Positions 1 to 8,630 of a DNA stretch of 34,735 nt are shown piece by piece. The DNA lies in assembly GCA_033721095.1 (NCBI GenBank), contig JAWWBG010000001.1:1-34735 (forward strand), in the 5' to 3' direction. This stretch comes from Nitriliruptorales bacterium. GTDB lineage: Bacteria > Actinomycetota > Nitriliruptoria > Nitriliruptorales > Nitriliruptoraceae. How positions within the stretch are numbered: the first letter of the stretch is position 1; every line of letters begins with the position of its first letter. The notes beneath the pieces are model-generated. The model was not told the origin of the DNA. It saw only the letters and a program-made list of their open reading frames with translations, and made no database searches. The position numbers and the translations under genes were made by a program.

Positions 1-3
1 CAC

Positions 4-1191
4 ATGATCCTCGTCGCGGACCCCGACCGGACGTTCCTGGAGCGCGTCGGTGCTGCGCTCCAGCGTCCTGACGGCTTGGTCCAGCTCGAGTCGCTGGAGG
101 ACGTCGCGCGCGCCTTCGAGGCGTCGGGCGACCGCATCACGGTTGCCATCCTCGGCCCAGGAATCGAGTACCGGGCCGCACTTGATCGGGTCGAACAGTT
201 TGTTCGGTCACCGGCGCACTCGACCGAGTTCATCCTCGTTCGTCACGACAGCGACACCGAGACGCTCCGTGCTGCCCTGCGAGCCGGCGCACGTGACGTC
301 CTGCCGACCGACTTCGAGGAGGCCGAGCTCAAGGACGCGGTGACCCGGGCCGAGGACCTGTCGCTGGCGCGGCAGAGCACCGGGGAGATCGACACGGTCG
401 ACGGCAAGATCGTGACGGTTTTCTCGACCAAGGGTGGGTGCGGCAAGAGCCTCATCGCCACCAACCTCGCGCTGCTGCTCAACCAGCGGACGCAAGGCGA
501 CGTGACGCTGGTCGACATGGACCTGCAGTCCGGTGACCTGGCCATCATGCTCCAGCTGCTGCCCGCGCTGAGCATCTACGAGGCCTCGCAATCTCCCGGC
601 CGACTCGACGCCGAGTCCCTGAGCGGCTACCTGACGCCCCACCGGTCCGGAGTGTCGGTGCTCGCGGCGCCGACCGAGCCCTCGCTGGCGGATGCCGTGT
701 CGGCAACAGCGGTCACCCGCGTCCTGGAGCTGCTCGCGCAGACCCACGAGTACGTCGTCGTCGATGGGCCGCCGTTCTTCACCGACCAGATCCTCCCCGC
801 GCTCGACATGTCCGACGCCGTTCTCGTCATCGGCAGCATGGACGTGCCCAGCGTCAAGAACCTCCGCTTGGCCCTGACGACGCTCGATCAGCTGGGCGTC
901 AACCGGGAGAAGGTGCACGTGGTGCTCAACCGGGCGGACACGAAGGTCGGCCTGCGCACCGCCGAGGTCGAGAAGTCCCTCGGCGCGAAGATCGAGATCA
1001 TGATTCCATCGAGTCGTGACGTCCCGCTCTCGATCAACCAGGGCAACCCGCTGGCCAACAGCCAGCCGGAGTCGCCCGTGATCGAAGCCCTGCTCGGGCT
1101 GCTGCCCATCGTCAGTGCCGGTGAGATCGGCGTGGACGCCCAGCGGGTCGACAAGGGCAAGGGCGGCCTCCTGTCACGCTTCAAGAGCTGA
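4..1191 (+). CDS. cpaE: Tad/Flp pilus assembly protein CpaE/TadZ (pseudo-receiver N-domain plus MinD/ParA-type ATPase)
   Basis: 395-aa ORF. It has the deviant Walker A 'FSTKGGCGKSLIATNLA' typical of MinD/ParA/CpaE and a receiver-like N-terminus 'MILVADPD'. It lies directly upstream of cpaF-tadB-tadC. The frame is open to base 1, so the true start could lie upstream of the window. Confidence 0.85.
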   Translation: MILVADPDRTFLERVGAALQRPDGLVQLESLEDVARAFEASGDRITVAILGPGIEYRAALDRVEQFVRSPAHSTEFILVRHDSDTETLRAALRAGARDVLPTDFEEAELKDAVTRAEDLSLARQSTGEIDTVDGKIVTVFSTKGGCGKSLIATNLALLLNQRTQGDVTLVDMDLQSGDLAIMLQLLPALSIYEASQSPGRLDAESLSGYLTPHRSGVSVLAAPTEPSLADAVSATAVTRVLELLAQTHEYVVVDGPPFFTDQILPALDMSDAVLVIGSMDVPSVKNLRLALTTLDQLGVNREKVHVVLNRADTKVGLRTAEVEKSLGAKIEIMIPSSRDVPLSINQGNPLANSQPESPVIEALLGLLPIVSAGEIGVDAQRVDKGKGGLLSRFKS

Positions 1192-1205
1192 ATGAAGGGC
1201 CCGAG

Positions 1206-2627
1206 ATGAGCCTCTACGAGCGCCTCTCCGGCGCACGAACCCCCACCGCCGAGGACGGCAGCGTCGACGGCGAGCAGCCGTTCGAGGCCTACGACGCGCA
1301 TGAGCCGGACCCCCTGGCGGAGATCCGACGTCGCACCCACCTGGAGCTGGTCCGCGCGCTGGGGCCCCGGCTGTACGACCAGCGCACGTCCGCCGAGGCC
1401 CTCGAGGAGGCCGTCAAGGAGCAGCTGACCGAGGTCCTGCGCAAGGAGTCGACTCCGCTCTCCCAGGCCGAACGGCAACGCCTGGTTGCCGAGACCCTCG
1501 ACGACATCCTCGGCTACGGCCCCCTCGAAGGCCTCCTGAACGACGAGAGCGTCACCGAGGTCATGTGCAACGGGTCCAAGCAGGTCTTCGTCGAACGCGA
1601 CGGCCACCTCGAGCTGTCGGATGCTGCCTTCCTCGACGACGGCCACCTTCGTCGGACCATCGAGAAGATCGTGGGCCAGGTCGGTCGACGCATCGACGAG
1701 TCCCAGCCCTACGTCGACGCGCGCCTTCCCGACGGCTCACGTGTGAACGCGGTCATCCCGCCGATCGCGCTCGACGGGCCGGCCCTCACGATTCGAAAGT
1801 TCGCCAAGGAGAAGTACAAGGCGGACGACCTGATCTCGTTCGGGACGTGGTCCCAGAAGGTTGCGTCCTTCATGGAAGCGGCCGTCCGTGGCCGCATGAA
1901 CGTCATCGTCGCCGGCGGAACGGGCGCCGGGAAGACGACCACGCTCAACGTGCTGTCCAACTTCATTCCCGACGACGAGCGCATCGTCACGATCGAGGAC
2001 GCCGCCGAGCTCCAGCTGACCCAGCCCCATCTCGTCCGGCTGGAGTCACGGCCCCCCAACATCGAAGGCCGTGGTGCGGTCACCATCCGTGACCTCGTGC
2101 GCAACAGCCTGCGCATGCGCCCCGACCGCATCGTCGTCGGTGAGGTTCGTGGCGGCGAGGCCCTCGACATGCTCCAGGCCATGAACACCGGCCACGACGG
2201 CTCGATCTCGACCGTCCACTCGAACTCGCCGCGGGACACGCTGGCGCGGCTCGAGACCATGGTGCTCATGGCGGGCGTCGACCTGCCCGTGCGCGCCATC
2301 CGCGAGCAGATCGCCTCGGCAGTCCAGTTCATCATCCACCAGTCCCGGCTCAAGGACGGGTCCCGTCGCATCGGCTACGTGACCGAGGTCACCGGCATGG
2401 AGGGCGACGTCATCACGATGCAGGACATCTTCCTGTTCGACTGGGGCATGGGCGTCGACCCCGAGACGGGCCGAGCACTCGGGCACCTCAAGCCCACCGG
2501 CATCCGGCCAAAGGCTGCCGAGGAGCTCGAGGACCACGGCGTGGAGCTCGATCCGGAATGGTTCGAGCCCGAGTCCTTTGCCCGGGACGAGCAACGGGCC
2601 CAGGGTCGGCGCAAGGCCCGCCTCTGA
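1206..2627 (+). CDS. cpaF: CpaF/TadA family type II/IV secretion ATPase
   Basis: 473-aa ORF. It has Walker A 'GGTGAGKTTTLN' plus 'RPDRIVVGEVRGGEA' and 'MNTGHDGSISTVHSNS' boxes of the GspE/VirB11/CpaF family. It starts 14 nt after the cpaE stop. Confidence 0.95.
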   Translation: MSLYERLSGARTPTAEDGSVDGEQPFEAYDAHEPDPLAEIRRRTHLELVRALGPRLYDQRTSAEALEEAVKEQLTEVLRKESTPLSQAERQRLVAETLDDILGYGPLEGLLNDESVTEVMCNGSKQVFVERDGHLELSDAAFLDDGHLRRTIEKIVGQVGRRIDESQPYVDARLPDGSRVNAVIPPIALDGPALTIRKFAKEKYKADDLISFGTWSQKVASFMEAAVRGRMNVIVAGGTGAGKTTTLNVLSNFIPDDERIVTIEDAAELQLTQPHLVRLESRPPNIEGRGAVTIRDLVRNSLRMRPDRIVVGEVRGGEALDMLQAMNTGHDGSISTVHSNSPRDTLARLETMVLMAGVDLPVRAIREQIASAVQFIIHQSRLKDGSRRIGYVTEVTGMEGDVITMQDIFLFDWGMGVDPETGRALGHLKPTGIRPKAAEELEDHGVELDPEWFEPESFARDEQRAQGRRKARL

Positions 2628-3886
2628 TGCGGGACACGTTGACCAGCCGACGGATCGCGACGACCCTCCTTGCGTGGGTCGTCGTCGCACTGTCCGCCAC
2701 TGCGGCCTGGGCCCAGACGCCCACCCCGACGGCGCCGGGAACGGAGCCGCCCGGGACCGAGGCTCCGGCCGTCGAGCCCACCCCCGAGCCCAGCCCGACA
2801 TCGACCGGTGTCGGGGGGTCGGTCACGGTGCCACTCGGTCCCGCAGAGCGGCCGGACTTCACCCTGACGCCGCCGCAGCGAGCCGTGATTCCCGACACGG
2901 GACTGTTCGGGTCACAGCTCGCCTTCTGGGTTGCGATCCTCTCCGCGTTCGTCGCCGTCGTCCTGCTGATGGCCTTCCTGATCATCCCCGCGCTGGACAA
3001 GCCTGCGGAGCGCGTGCTCAAGCGCGGCCTGCGCATCTACAGCCGCGGCGCCTCGGAAAAGGAATCCTCGACCGGCATGTCGGCCAGCAACATCGGCAAG
3101 GCTGCGGCTGGACTCGTCAGCGCCGTTCCCAAGCCCGAGGGTTACGAGGAGCAGCTCCAGCTCAAGCTCGACCGCGCGGGTTGGCCGTTCCGTGCCAGCG
3201 AGTTCATCGCCCTGCGTGTCGGGGCGGGCGTCTTCGGCGCCTTGGTCGGCTTCGGCCTCCTCGCCAGTGTGCCGCTCGGCCTCGTCCTGATGGTCGCCGG
3301 CGTCATCGTGCCGGGTGTCGTTCTCGACGTGGCCAAGAAGCGGCGCGAGAACCAGTTCCTCGCCCAGTTGCCCGACACGCTCACGCTCCTGTCGGGCGCT
3401 CTCAAGGCCGGTTACGGGCTGCTCCAGGCCGTCGACACCGTCGTGCAGGAGTCACCCGAGCCGACCAAGCAGGAGTTCCAGCGGGTGCTCAGCGAGGCTC
3501 GCCTCGGCCTGCCGCTGAACGAGGCGCTCGATGACATGGCCGAGCGTGTCGGGAGCGAGGACTTCCGCTGGGTCGTCGTGGCGATCAACATCCAGGCGCA
3601 GGTGGGTGGCAACCTGGCCGAGCTGCTCGACACGATCGCCAACACGCTGCGCGAACGCGAGATGGTCCGACGCCAGATCGCCGTCCTGTCGGCCGAGGGT
3701 CGGCTCAGTGCCGTCATCCTCACGGCCCTGCCGTTCGTGATCGTGCTCTACCTGAGTGTCGTGAATCCCGAGTACATCGGGACGCTGATCAGTCACTGGG
3801 TCGGGCGGATCCTCATCGGCTTCGGGCTGGTCCTGATGGGGATCGGCATCTTCTGGATGCGCAAGCTCATCCAGATCGACGTGTAG
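2627..3886 (+). CDS. tadB: TadB-like type II secretion system F-family platform protein with N-terminal signal-like and Pro/Thr-rich extension
   Basis: The ORF-track start at 2558 overlaps cpaF. The ATG at 2627 overlaps the cpaF stop (TGATG) and opens with 'MRDTLTSRRIATTLLAWVVVALSATAAWA'. The C-terminal ~300 aa show the T2SSF pattern ('QLPDTLTLLSGALKAGYGLLQAV', 'VGGNLAELLDTIA'). Confidence 0.8.
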   Translation: MRDTLTSRRIATTLLAWVVVALSATAAWAQTPTPTAPGTEPPGTEAPAVEPTPEPSPTSTGVGGSVTVPLGPAERPDFTLTPPQRAVIPDTGLFGSQLAFWVAILSAFVAVVLLMAFLIIPALDKPAERVLKRGLRIYSRGASEKESSTGMSASNIGKAAAGLVSAVPKPEGYEEQLQLKLDRAGWPFRASEFIALRVGAGVFGALVGFGLLASVPLGLVLMVAGVIVPGVVLDVAKKRRENQFLAQLPDTLTLLSGALKAGYGLLQAVDTVVQESPEPTKQEFQRVLSEARLGLPLNEALDDMAERVGSEDFRWVVVAINIQAQVGGNLAELLDTIANTLREREMVRRQIAVLSAEGRLSAVILTALPFVIVLYLSVVNPEYIGTLISHWVGRILIGFGLVLMGIGIFWMRKLIQIDV

Positions 3887-3895
3887 GGGCGCGGC

Positions 3896-4837
3896 ATGAG
3901 CGGGATCTCACTGTCACTCGGCATGGCTGCCGCCTTCGGTTCGATGGCGCTGCTGTTCGTGACCTTCGGCAGCGCCATGGTCGAACGTCGGCGCAGCTAC
4001 CTGATGCTCCGCAACGTCCGCGAGGCAGGCAAGATCGCCGCGACGCAGCGCGAACGCGAGCTGGCCGTTCCGGCACTCCAGCGCATCATCATCCCCATGC
4101 TCAAGCGGTTCGGCGAGCTCGGTCGCCGCATGACGCCCGAGGCCGTGCTGGAGCGCCTCGACCAGGAACTGGCCTACGCCGGCAACCCGGAGGGCTGGGA
4201 CGGCGAACGGGTCCTGGCGCTCAAGTTCACCTTCATGATCGGCCTCGGCTTCGTCGGCCTGATCCTGCCGGGGGTCCTCACCGGCGTGTGGTGGCGGGGC
4301 CTGATCGGCGTGCTCGTCGGCGTCTTCCTCGGCAACTACATCCCGGAGTGGATCCTCCGTGCTCGCTCCGGTGACCGCCAGAAGCAGATCCAGCGGGCGC
4401 TGCCCGACGCCCTCGACCTCATGTCCATCACCGTCGAGGCCGGTCTCGCCTTCGACGCCGCACTCGAGCGCTCCGCCCGCGAGATGGGCGGCCCGTTGGG
4501 CGAGGAGTTCTATCGGGTGCACCAGGAGATGCGGCTGGGCAAGGCCCGGGCCGAGGCGCTTCGCGACCTGGGGGAGCGGTCGCCGTTGGCCGAGCTCCGA
4601 TCCTTCGTCCTCGCGATGGTGCAGGCCGACATCTTCGGCATCCCGATTGCTCGCGTGCTCCACGTCCAGTCGCGTGAGCTGCGCATCAAGCGCCGGCAGC
4701 GGGCCGAGGAGCAGGCGCAGAAGCTTCCGGTCAAGATCATCTTCCCGCTGATCACCTGCATCTTCCCGTCCCTGTTCATCGTGCTGCTGGGCCCGGCGGC
4801 CATCAACATCTACGAGTCGCTCATCAGGGACCAGTGA
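3896..4837 (+). CDS. tadC: TadC-like type II secretion system F-family platform protein
   Basis: 313-aa ORF. It has 'ALPDALDLMSITVEAGLAFDAAL', 'FVLAMVQADIFGIPIARVL' and flanking hydrophobic helices. It starts 9 nt after the tadB stop. Confidence 0.85.
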   Translation: MSGISLSLGMAAAFGSMALLFVTFGSAMVERRRSYLMLRNVREAGKIAATQRERELAVPALQRIIIPMLKRFGELGRRMTPEAVLERLDQELAYAGNPEGWDGERVLALKFTFMIGLGFVGLILPGVLTGVWWRGLIGVLVGVFLGNYIPEWILRARSGDRQKQIQRALPDALDLMSITVEAGLAFDAALERSAREMGGPLGEEFYRVHQEMRLGKARAEALRDLGERSPLAELRSFVLAMVQADIFGIPIARVLHVQSRELRIKRRQRAEEQAQKLPVKIIFPLITCIFPSLFIVLLGPAAINIYESLIRDQ

Positions 4838-4841
4838 CGCC

Positions 4842-6362
4842 GTGTCCTCGACTCCCGTCCGGATCGGCGCCATCACGTCCAACGCCTCGCTGGTGGTGGC
4901 GCTGACGCTCCGTGTCGAGGACTGGGACATCGTGTCCGGCCCGACGGCATCAGCGGTCGATCAACTCGAGAGCTCCGACGTGCTGCTGATCGACCGCGGT
5001 TCGACCGAGCTCGGCCTCGCGGAGCTCGAGGACGCCCGGCTCAATTGCCCGTTGGCGCCCGCGATCATCATCGGCGACGAGGAGTCCGACCAGGTCGGCG
5101 ACGCCACGCTGCTCCTGCGTCCATTCACGCTGGAGGACCTTGCACGCGCCATCAACGACGCCGGCAACAGCGCCGCCGCTCCGGAGGTTGCCCCACCCGC
5201 CGAGCCCGAGCCCCCGCCCGTCGCCATCGAGGAGGAAGAGGAGGACCTCGAGGAACCCGAGATGGGCGTCTTCGACGAGGACGACTTCGACCTCGATGAG
5301 CCGCCGGTCGTCGTCACGCCCGAACCAGACGACGAGTGGGAGGAGCCCGAGCCCGTCGTCGTGGACGAAGCGCCCGCGGCCGATGCGCCCGTTGCCCCGC
5401 CACCGCGCGCAGCCGTCCAGGAGACCCCTGCCGCAGATGTCGCCGCGGACGAGGAGGATTTCGTCGAGCCCGAGCCGGTGGTGCTCGCCGACGAGACGGC
5501 GTCGGACGACCTCGACGAGCCGGCGCCAATGGTCGCAGCCATCGAGCCGTCGACCTCGCTCATCATCGACGACGACGAGGAGGACGAGGATCCACTCGAG
5601 GAGCTCGTCGAGCAGGCCGTGGAGGCACGACGGGCCCCCGACGCAACACCGGAGCCTCCGCAGCCGGCGGCGCCAGTCGCCAAACCCGAGCCGGCGAAGC
5701 CCACGCCGCCTGTGCCCACGCCGCCCGCGCCCGCAGACCGGCGCCGACGGGGCTGGCGCAAGAAGAAGCGGCCCGAGGACGAGCAGGGTCCCGCCGAGAT
5801 CGCGGCCCAGCAGATGGCCGTCGCAGCGGCGAGCTCGAAGGGGCGCCCCCGAGAGCTGCGCGGCCGCGTCGCCGACATCCTGGTGGCCGGATCCGACCTG
5901 CACGCCCTCATCGACGAGATGCCAATCCTGCGCTCCGGTGCGGACCTGGCGGACGTGCTCGCCGGCGAGGTCCAGGACGAGCTCCACGCGGACACGGTCG
6001 CCGTGTGGCTGCTGGAGGGCGACCACTTCGTCGTGGGGGGTGGTCGCGGCCTCACGACGGCGGAGTCCCGCACCAAGGCCCCGCTGAACCAGCCGCTGCT
6101 GGCTGATCTCCAGCGCACCGGAGCAGCCTCGCTCATCACGCCGGTCGACCTGGCCGCAGCGATCGTTTCCGGAATCGCCGGGGCGCGGACCAAGGCGCTG
6201 ATGGCCACCGCCATTGCCATCGGTCCCGACCGCTACGCACACATCACGGTCGGTGCCAGCGACTACACCGAGGAGGACCTCGACCGGCTGGTCGAGCTCG
6301 CGGTGGAGGCGGCGCCGTTCTTCGCCATTGCCCGGCTCATGGACGGCCTGCGCGCGCGCTGA
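4842..6362 (+). CDS. Hypothetical protein: degenerate receiver-like N-domain, long acidic/proline-rich low-complexity region, GAF-like C-domain
   Basis: The GTG at 4842 lies 4 nt after the tadC stop. The N-terminus has a receiver-like pattern ('VLLIDRG', 'PAIIIGDEE', 'LLLRPFTLEDLARAIN') but lacks the N-terminal acidic pair. The middle ~230 aa are rich in E, D, P, A and V, with repeated 'EPEPVV' units. The C-terminal ~170 aa look GAF-like. GC3 is high throughout. Confidence 0.6.
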   Translation: MSSTPVRIGAITSNASLVVALTLRVEDWDIVSGPTASAVDQLESSDVLLIDRGSTELGLAELEDARLNCPLAPAIIIGDEESDQVGDATLLLRPFTLEDLARAINDAGNSAAAPEVAPPAEPEPPPVAIEEEEEDLEEPEMGVFDEDDFDLDEPPVVVTPEPDDEWEEPEPVVVDEAPAADAPVAPPPRAAVQETPAADVAADEEDFVEPEPVVLADETASDDLDEPAPMVAAIEPSTSLIIDDDEEDEDPLEELVEQAVEARRAPDATPEPPQPAAPVAKPEPAKPTPPVPTPPAPADRRRRGWRKKKRPEDEQGPAEIAAQQMAVAAASSKGRPRELRGRVADILVAGSDLHALIDEMPILRSGADLADVLAGEVQDELHADTVAVWLLEGDHFVVGGGRGLTTAESRTKAPLNQPLLADLQRTGAASLITPVDLAAAIVSGIAGARTKALMATAIAIGPDRYAHITVGASDYTEEDLDRLVELAVEAAPFFAIARLMDGLRAR

Positions 6363-6365
6363 GCG

Positions 6366-7196
6366 CTACATCCGGACCGCGAGCTGCTCGCGGCGGAAGT
6401 GTTGAGCCGCAACGCGCAGCACGATGGCTGCAGCAGCCCAGATCCCCATGCCGAGTGCTGCGACGCGGACCGGGTTGAACAGCAGGTTCCCGCTGACCTG
6501 GACCAGCAGCAGCACGATGATCGGCAGCACGATCAGCGAACCGATCTGGTGGGCGGCTTGCAGCGAGTCGACCCTGCTCGAGACGATCACCATCGTCGCG
6601 AGCCCGAGTGCGGCCACGCCCGGTGTCACCCACAGCCCGAGGAGCACCCAGGTCGTCGTGGGAAAGAAGATCCGCCCGAATTCCGGCCACGCGACGACGT
6701 TCGCGACCACCGAGTAGACGAGGAACCCGCCGACGCCGATCGTGACGGCGGGCAGCCAGGCCGCCATGACCTTGGCGACCAGCAGCTCGTCGTCCGACGT
6801 CGGGGTGTGCAACAGGGCCTCCAGTGTTCGTCGTTCACGCTCTCCGGCAAACGAGTCCGCAGCGATCACGGTGGCGACCATCAGGGGCACCAGCAGGTAC
6901 AGCGGCGCGATGAAGACCTCGAGGACGAACCGTTCCCAGCCGCCGGGTTCGTCGATGTCTATGCCCGTGGCCTCGCCCGTGGTCTGGTTCGCCAACCGGT
7001 CGAAGGGCGTTGCTCCCTGCGCGTCCACGGGAACCTGGCCACTTGCGGCCAGCACCTCGCCACCGAGGACGAGGAACGCGGGCAGGATCACCAGGATGAT
7101 GATCGGTGCGACCAGCAGTGGCGTCCGCACGCCCTTGTTCCGGAGGACGGTCGTGATGTCCTTGCGCACGATGGCGCTGACGGCGTTCCAGTTCAT
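6366..7196 (-). CDS. ABC-2 type transporter permease
   Basis: 276-aa ORF with about six hydrophobic segments and the N-terminus 'MNWNAVSAIVRKDITTVLRNK'. Its ATG overlaps the stop of the upstream ATPase gene (ATGA). Confidence 0.8.
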   Translation of the reverse strand: MNWNAVSAIVRKDITTVLRNKGVRTPLLVAPIIILVILPAFLVLGGEVLAASGQVPVDAQGATPFDRLANQTTGEATGIDIDEPGGWERFVLEVFIAPLYLLVPLMVATVIAADSFAGERERRTLEALLHTPTSDDELLVAKVMAAWLPAVTIGVGGFLVYSVVANVVAWPEFGRIFFPTTTWVLLGLWVTPGVAALGLATMVIVSSRVDSLQAAHQIGSLIVLPIIVLLLVQVSGNLLFNPVRVAALGMGIWAAAAIVLRVAAQHFRREQLAVRM

Positions 7197-8131
7197 GAGA
7201 GGCGCTCGCCATCGTGGAGGTGGAGGTAGACGTCCTCCAGGGTGGGCTGATGGGGTGTCACGGCGTGGACGTCGTGGCCGGCCTCGACGAGCTTGCGGAC
7301 GATCGCCGGCACGTCCTGGTCGGCGTCGGCCACCCGCAACGTGCGCCCGTTGATGACCTCGACGGCCATGGGGGAGGGGAGCGCCGTTGCTGCGCGGTCG
7401 GCCTCGCCCGGTCCGACCTCGATCGACACGGTGACGCCCGCAGCGAAGCGGGCCGCGAGTTCAGCCGGCGACCCGACTGCGATGATCCGACCATGGCGGA
7501 CGATCGCCACGCGATCGCACAGCTCACTGGCCTCGGCGAGGTTGTGGGTGCTCAGGATCACGGTGCGGCCCTCGGCGCGGGCAATGCGGTGGATCAGCGT
7601 GCGAACGTCCTTGGCCGCGACGGGATCCATGTTGGTCGTCGGCTCGTCGAGCATGAGGACATCCGGCTTGTGGACCAACGCCCGAGCCAGGGCGACTCGC
7701 TGCTTGAGGCCGGCGGAGAAGCCGCGCACTGGCTCGTCCTCGCGCCCGCCGAGCCCGAGCACGTTCAGCGTCTCGCTGATTGCCACCTCGATCTCGGTTG
7801 GCGCCATCCCGTGGATCGACGCATAGATCGCGAGGTTCTCCCGCGCCGACAGGAGCTCCGCGAGCGCCGGATACTCGGTCAGCACACCCGTCCGCCGCCG
7901 CAACGCCTTGCCATCGCGGATCGGGTCCATGCCCAGCAGCGACACGGAGCCCCCATGGCTGACCAGCAGGCCATTGAGAACGCGGAGCAACGTGGTCTTG
8001 CCGGCGCCGTTGTGACCCAGCAGGCCGAAGACCTCGCCCTCCGCAACCTGGAGCGTGACGTCATCGAGGGCGGTGAACGTCCCGAAACGCCTCGTGACGT
8101 GCGCGACGTCCGCGACGACCGTGGACGTCAT
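7193..8131 (-). CDS. ABC transporter ATP-binding protein
   Basis: It has Walker A 'GHNGAGKTT', the signature 'FSAGLKQR' and Walker B 'VLMLDEPT'. I chose the ATG at 8131, which is preceded by GGGAGGA, giving 'MTSTVVADVAHVTRRFG'. The upstream 73 codons of the track ORF look like an over-extension. Confidence 0.9.
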   Translation of the reverse strand: MTSTVVADVAHVTRRFGTFTALDDVTLQVAEGEVFGLLGHNGAGKTTLLRVLNGLLVSHGGSVSLLGMDPIRDGKALRRRTGVLTEYPALAELLSARENLAIYASIHGMAPTEIEVAISETLNVLGLGGREDEPVRGFSAGLKQRVALARALVHKPDVLMLDEPTTNMDPVAAKDVRTLIHRIARAEGRTVILSTHNLAEASELCDRVAIVRHGRIIAVGSPAELAARFAAGVTVSIEVGPGEADRAATALPSPMAVEVINGRTLRVADADQDVPAIVRKLVEAGHDVHAVTPHQPTLEDVYLHLHDGERLS

Positions 8132-8168
8132 GGATCCTCCCGAGCTGGGCACGCACAGCGTACGGTTC

Positions 8169-8183
8169 GTCACCCTGCGTGAC
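8169..8183. promoter_or_regulatory. Inverted repeat GTCAC-N5-GTGAC in the divergent ABC-ATPase / small-protein intergenic region
   Basis: Read directly as gtcac-cctgc-gtgac, inside the 70-nt divergent promoter region 8132-8201. Confidence 0.3.
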
Positions 8184-8201
8184 ACGGACCAAAGGCCCGT
8201 C

Positions 8202-8630
8202 ATGGCCCGGACCGAAGGGGTGACGGTCGAACGCCCCGATCGAGCCATGCTGCTGGTCGTCCCGGCGCTGCTCCTGCTGGTGGCCAGTCTCCAGGTCGCA
8301 CGCGTCGCCACGCTCGACCAGTCCACCTGGATCGGCGGCGGCTTCGGCATGTTCGCGACCTATGACTACGACGACACACGGGCCGTCGTGGCCTTCTGGG
8401 AGACGCCTGACGGCCCGATCCCGGCCGATCTGGTCGCGGTCTCCCGTCAGGACCTGCTGCGGCTCCGGGTGGTGCCGAGCGCGGACAACGCCCGTCGGAT
8501 CGCCAGCCAGCTGATCTACGGGGGAGTGGTGGAGGAAGCTTCGTTGCTGGTCGTCGAGGTGCGGGGTCGCCGTCTGGCCGACGACATGCTGACCTTCCCG
8601 ACGCTGGTGCGCGTCGAGGTCGACGTGTGA
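8202..8630 (+). CDS. Hypothetical small protein with N-terminal membrane anchor
   Basis: The ATG at 8202 gives 'MARTEGVTVERPDRAMLLVVPALLLLVASL...'. Its stop overlaps the GTG of the next gene (GTGA at 8627-8630). An alternative ATG at 8130 would overlap the divergent ATPase start codon. GC3 is high. Confidence 0.5.
   Translation: MARTEGVTVERPDRAMLLVVPALLLLVASLQVARVATLDQSTWIGGGFGMFATYDYDDTRAVVAFWETPDGPIPADLVAVSRQDLLRLRVVPSADNARRIASQLIYGGVVEEASLLVVEVRGRRLADDMLTFPTLVRVEVDV

Noticed and set aside
5140-6106. Alternative-frame ORFs (315 aa and 256 aa on the plus strand; 430 aa and 419 aa on the minus strand) across the acidic gene
   Set aside because: These are R/P/S-rich or G/R-rich mirror readings of the GAG/GAC/CCG-rich coding frame of 4842..6362. 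Only that frame joins recognisable N- and C-terminal domains.
8132-8350. Upstream 73 codons of the ABC ATPase ORF
   Set aside because: The ABC domain starts right after the ATG at 8131, which has a GGGAGGA SD. The extension would also cover the divergent gene's start region.
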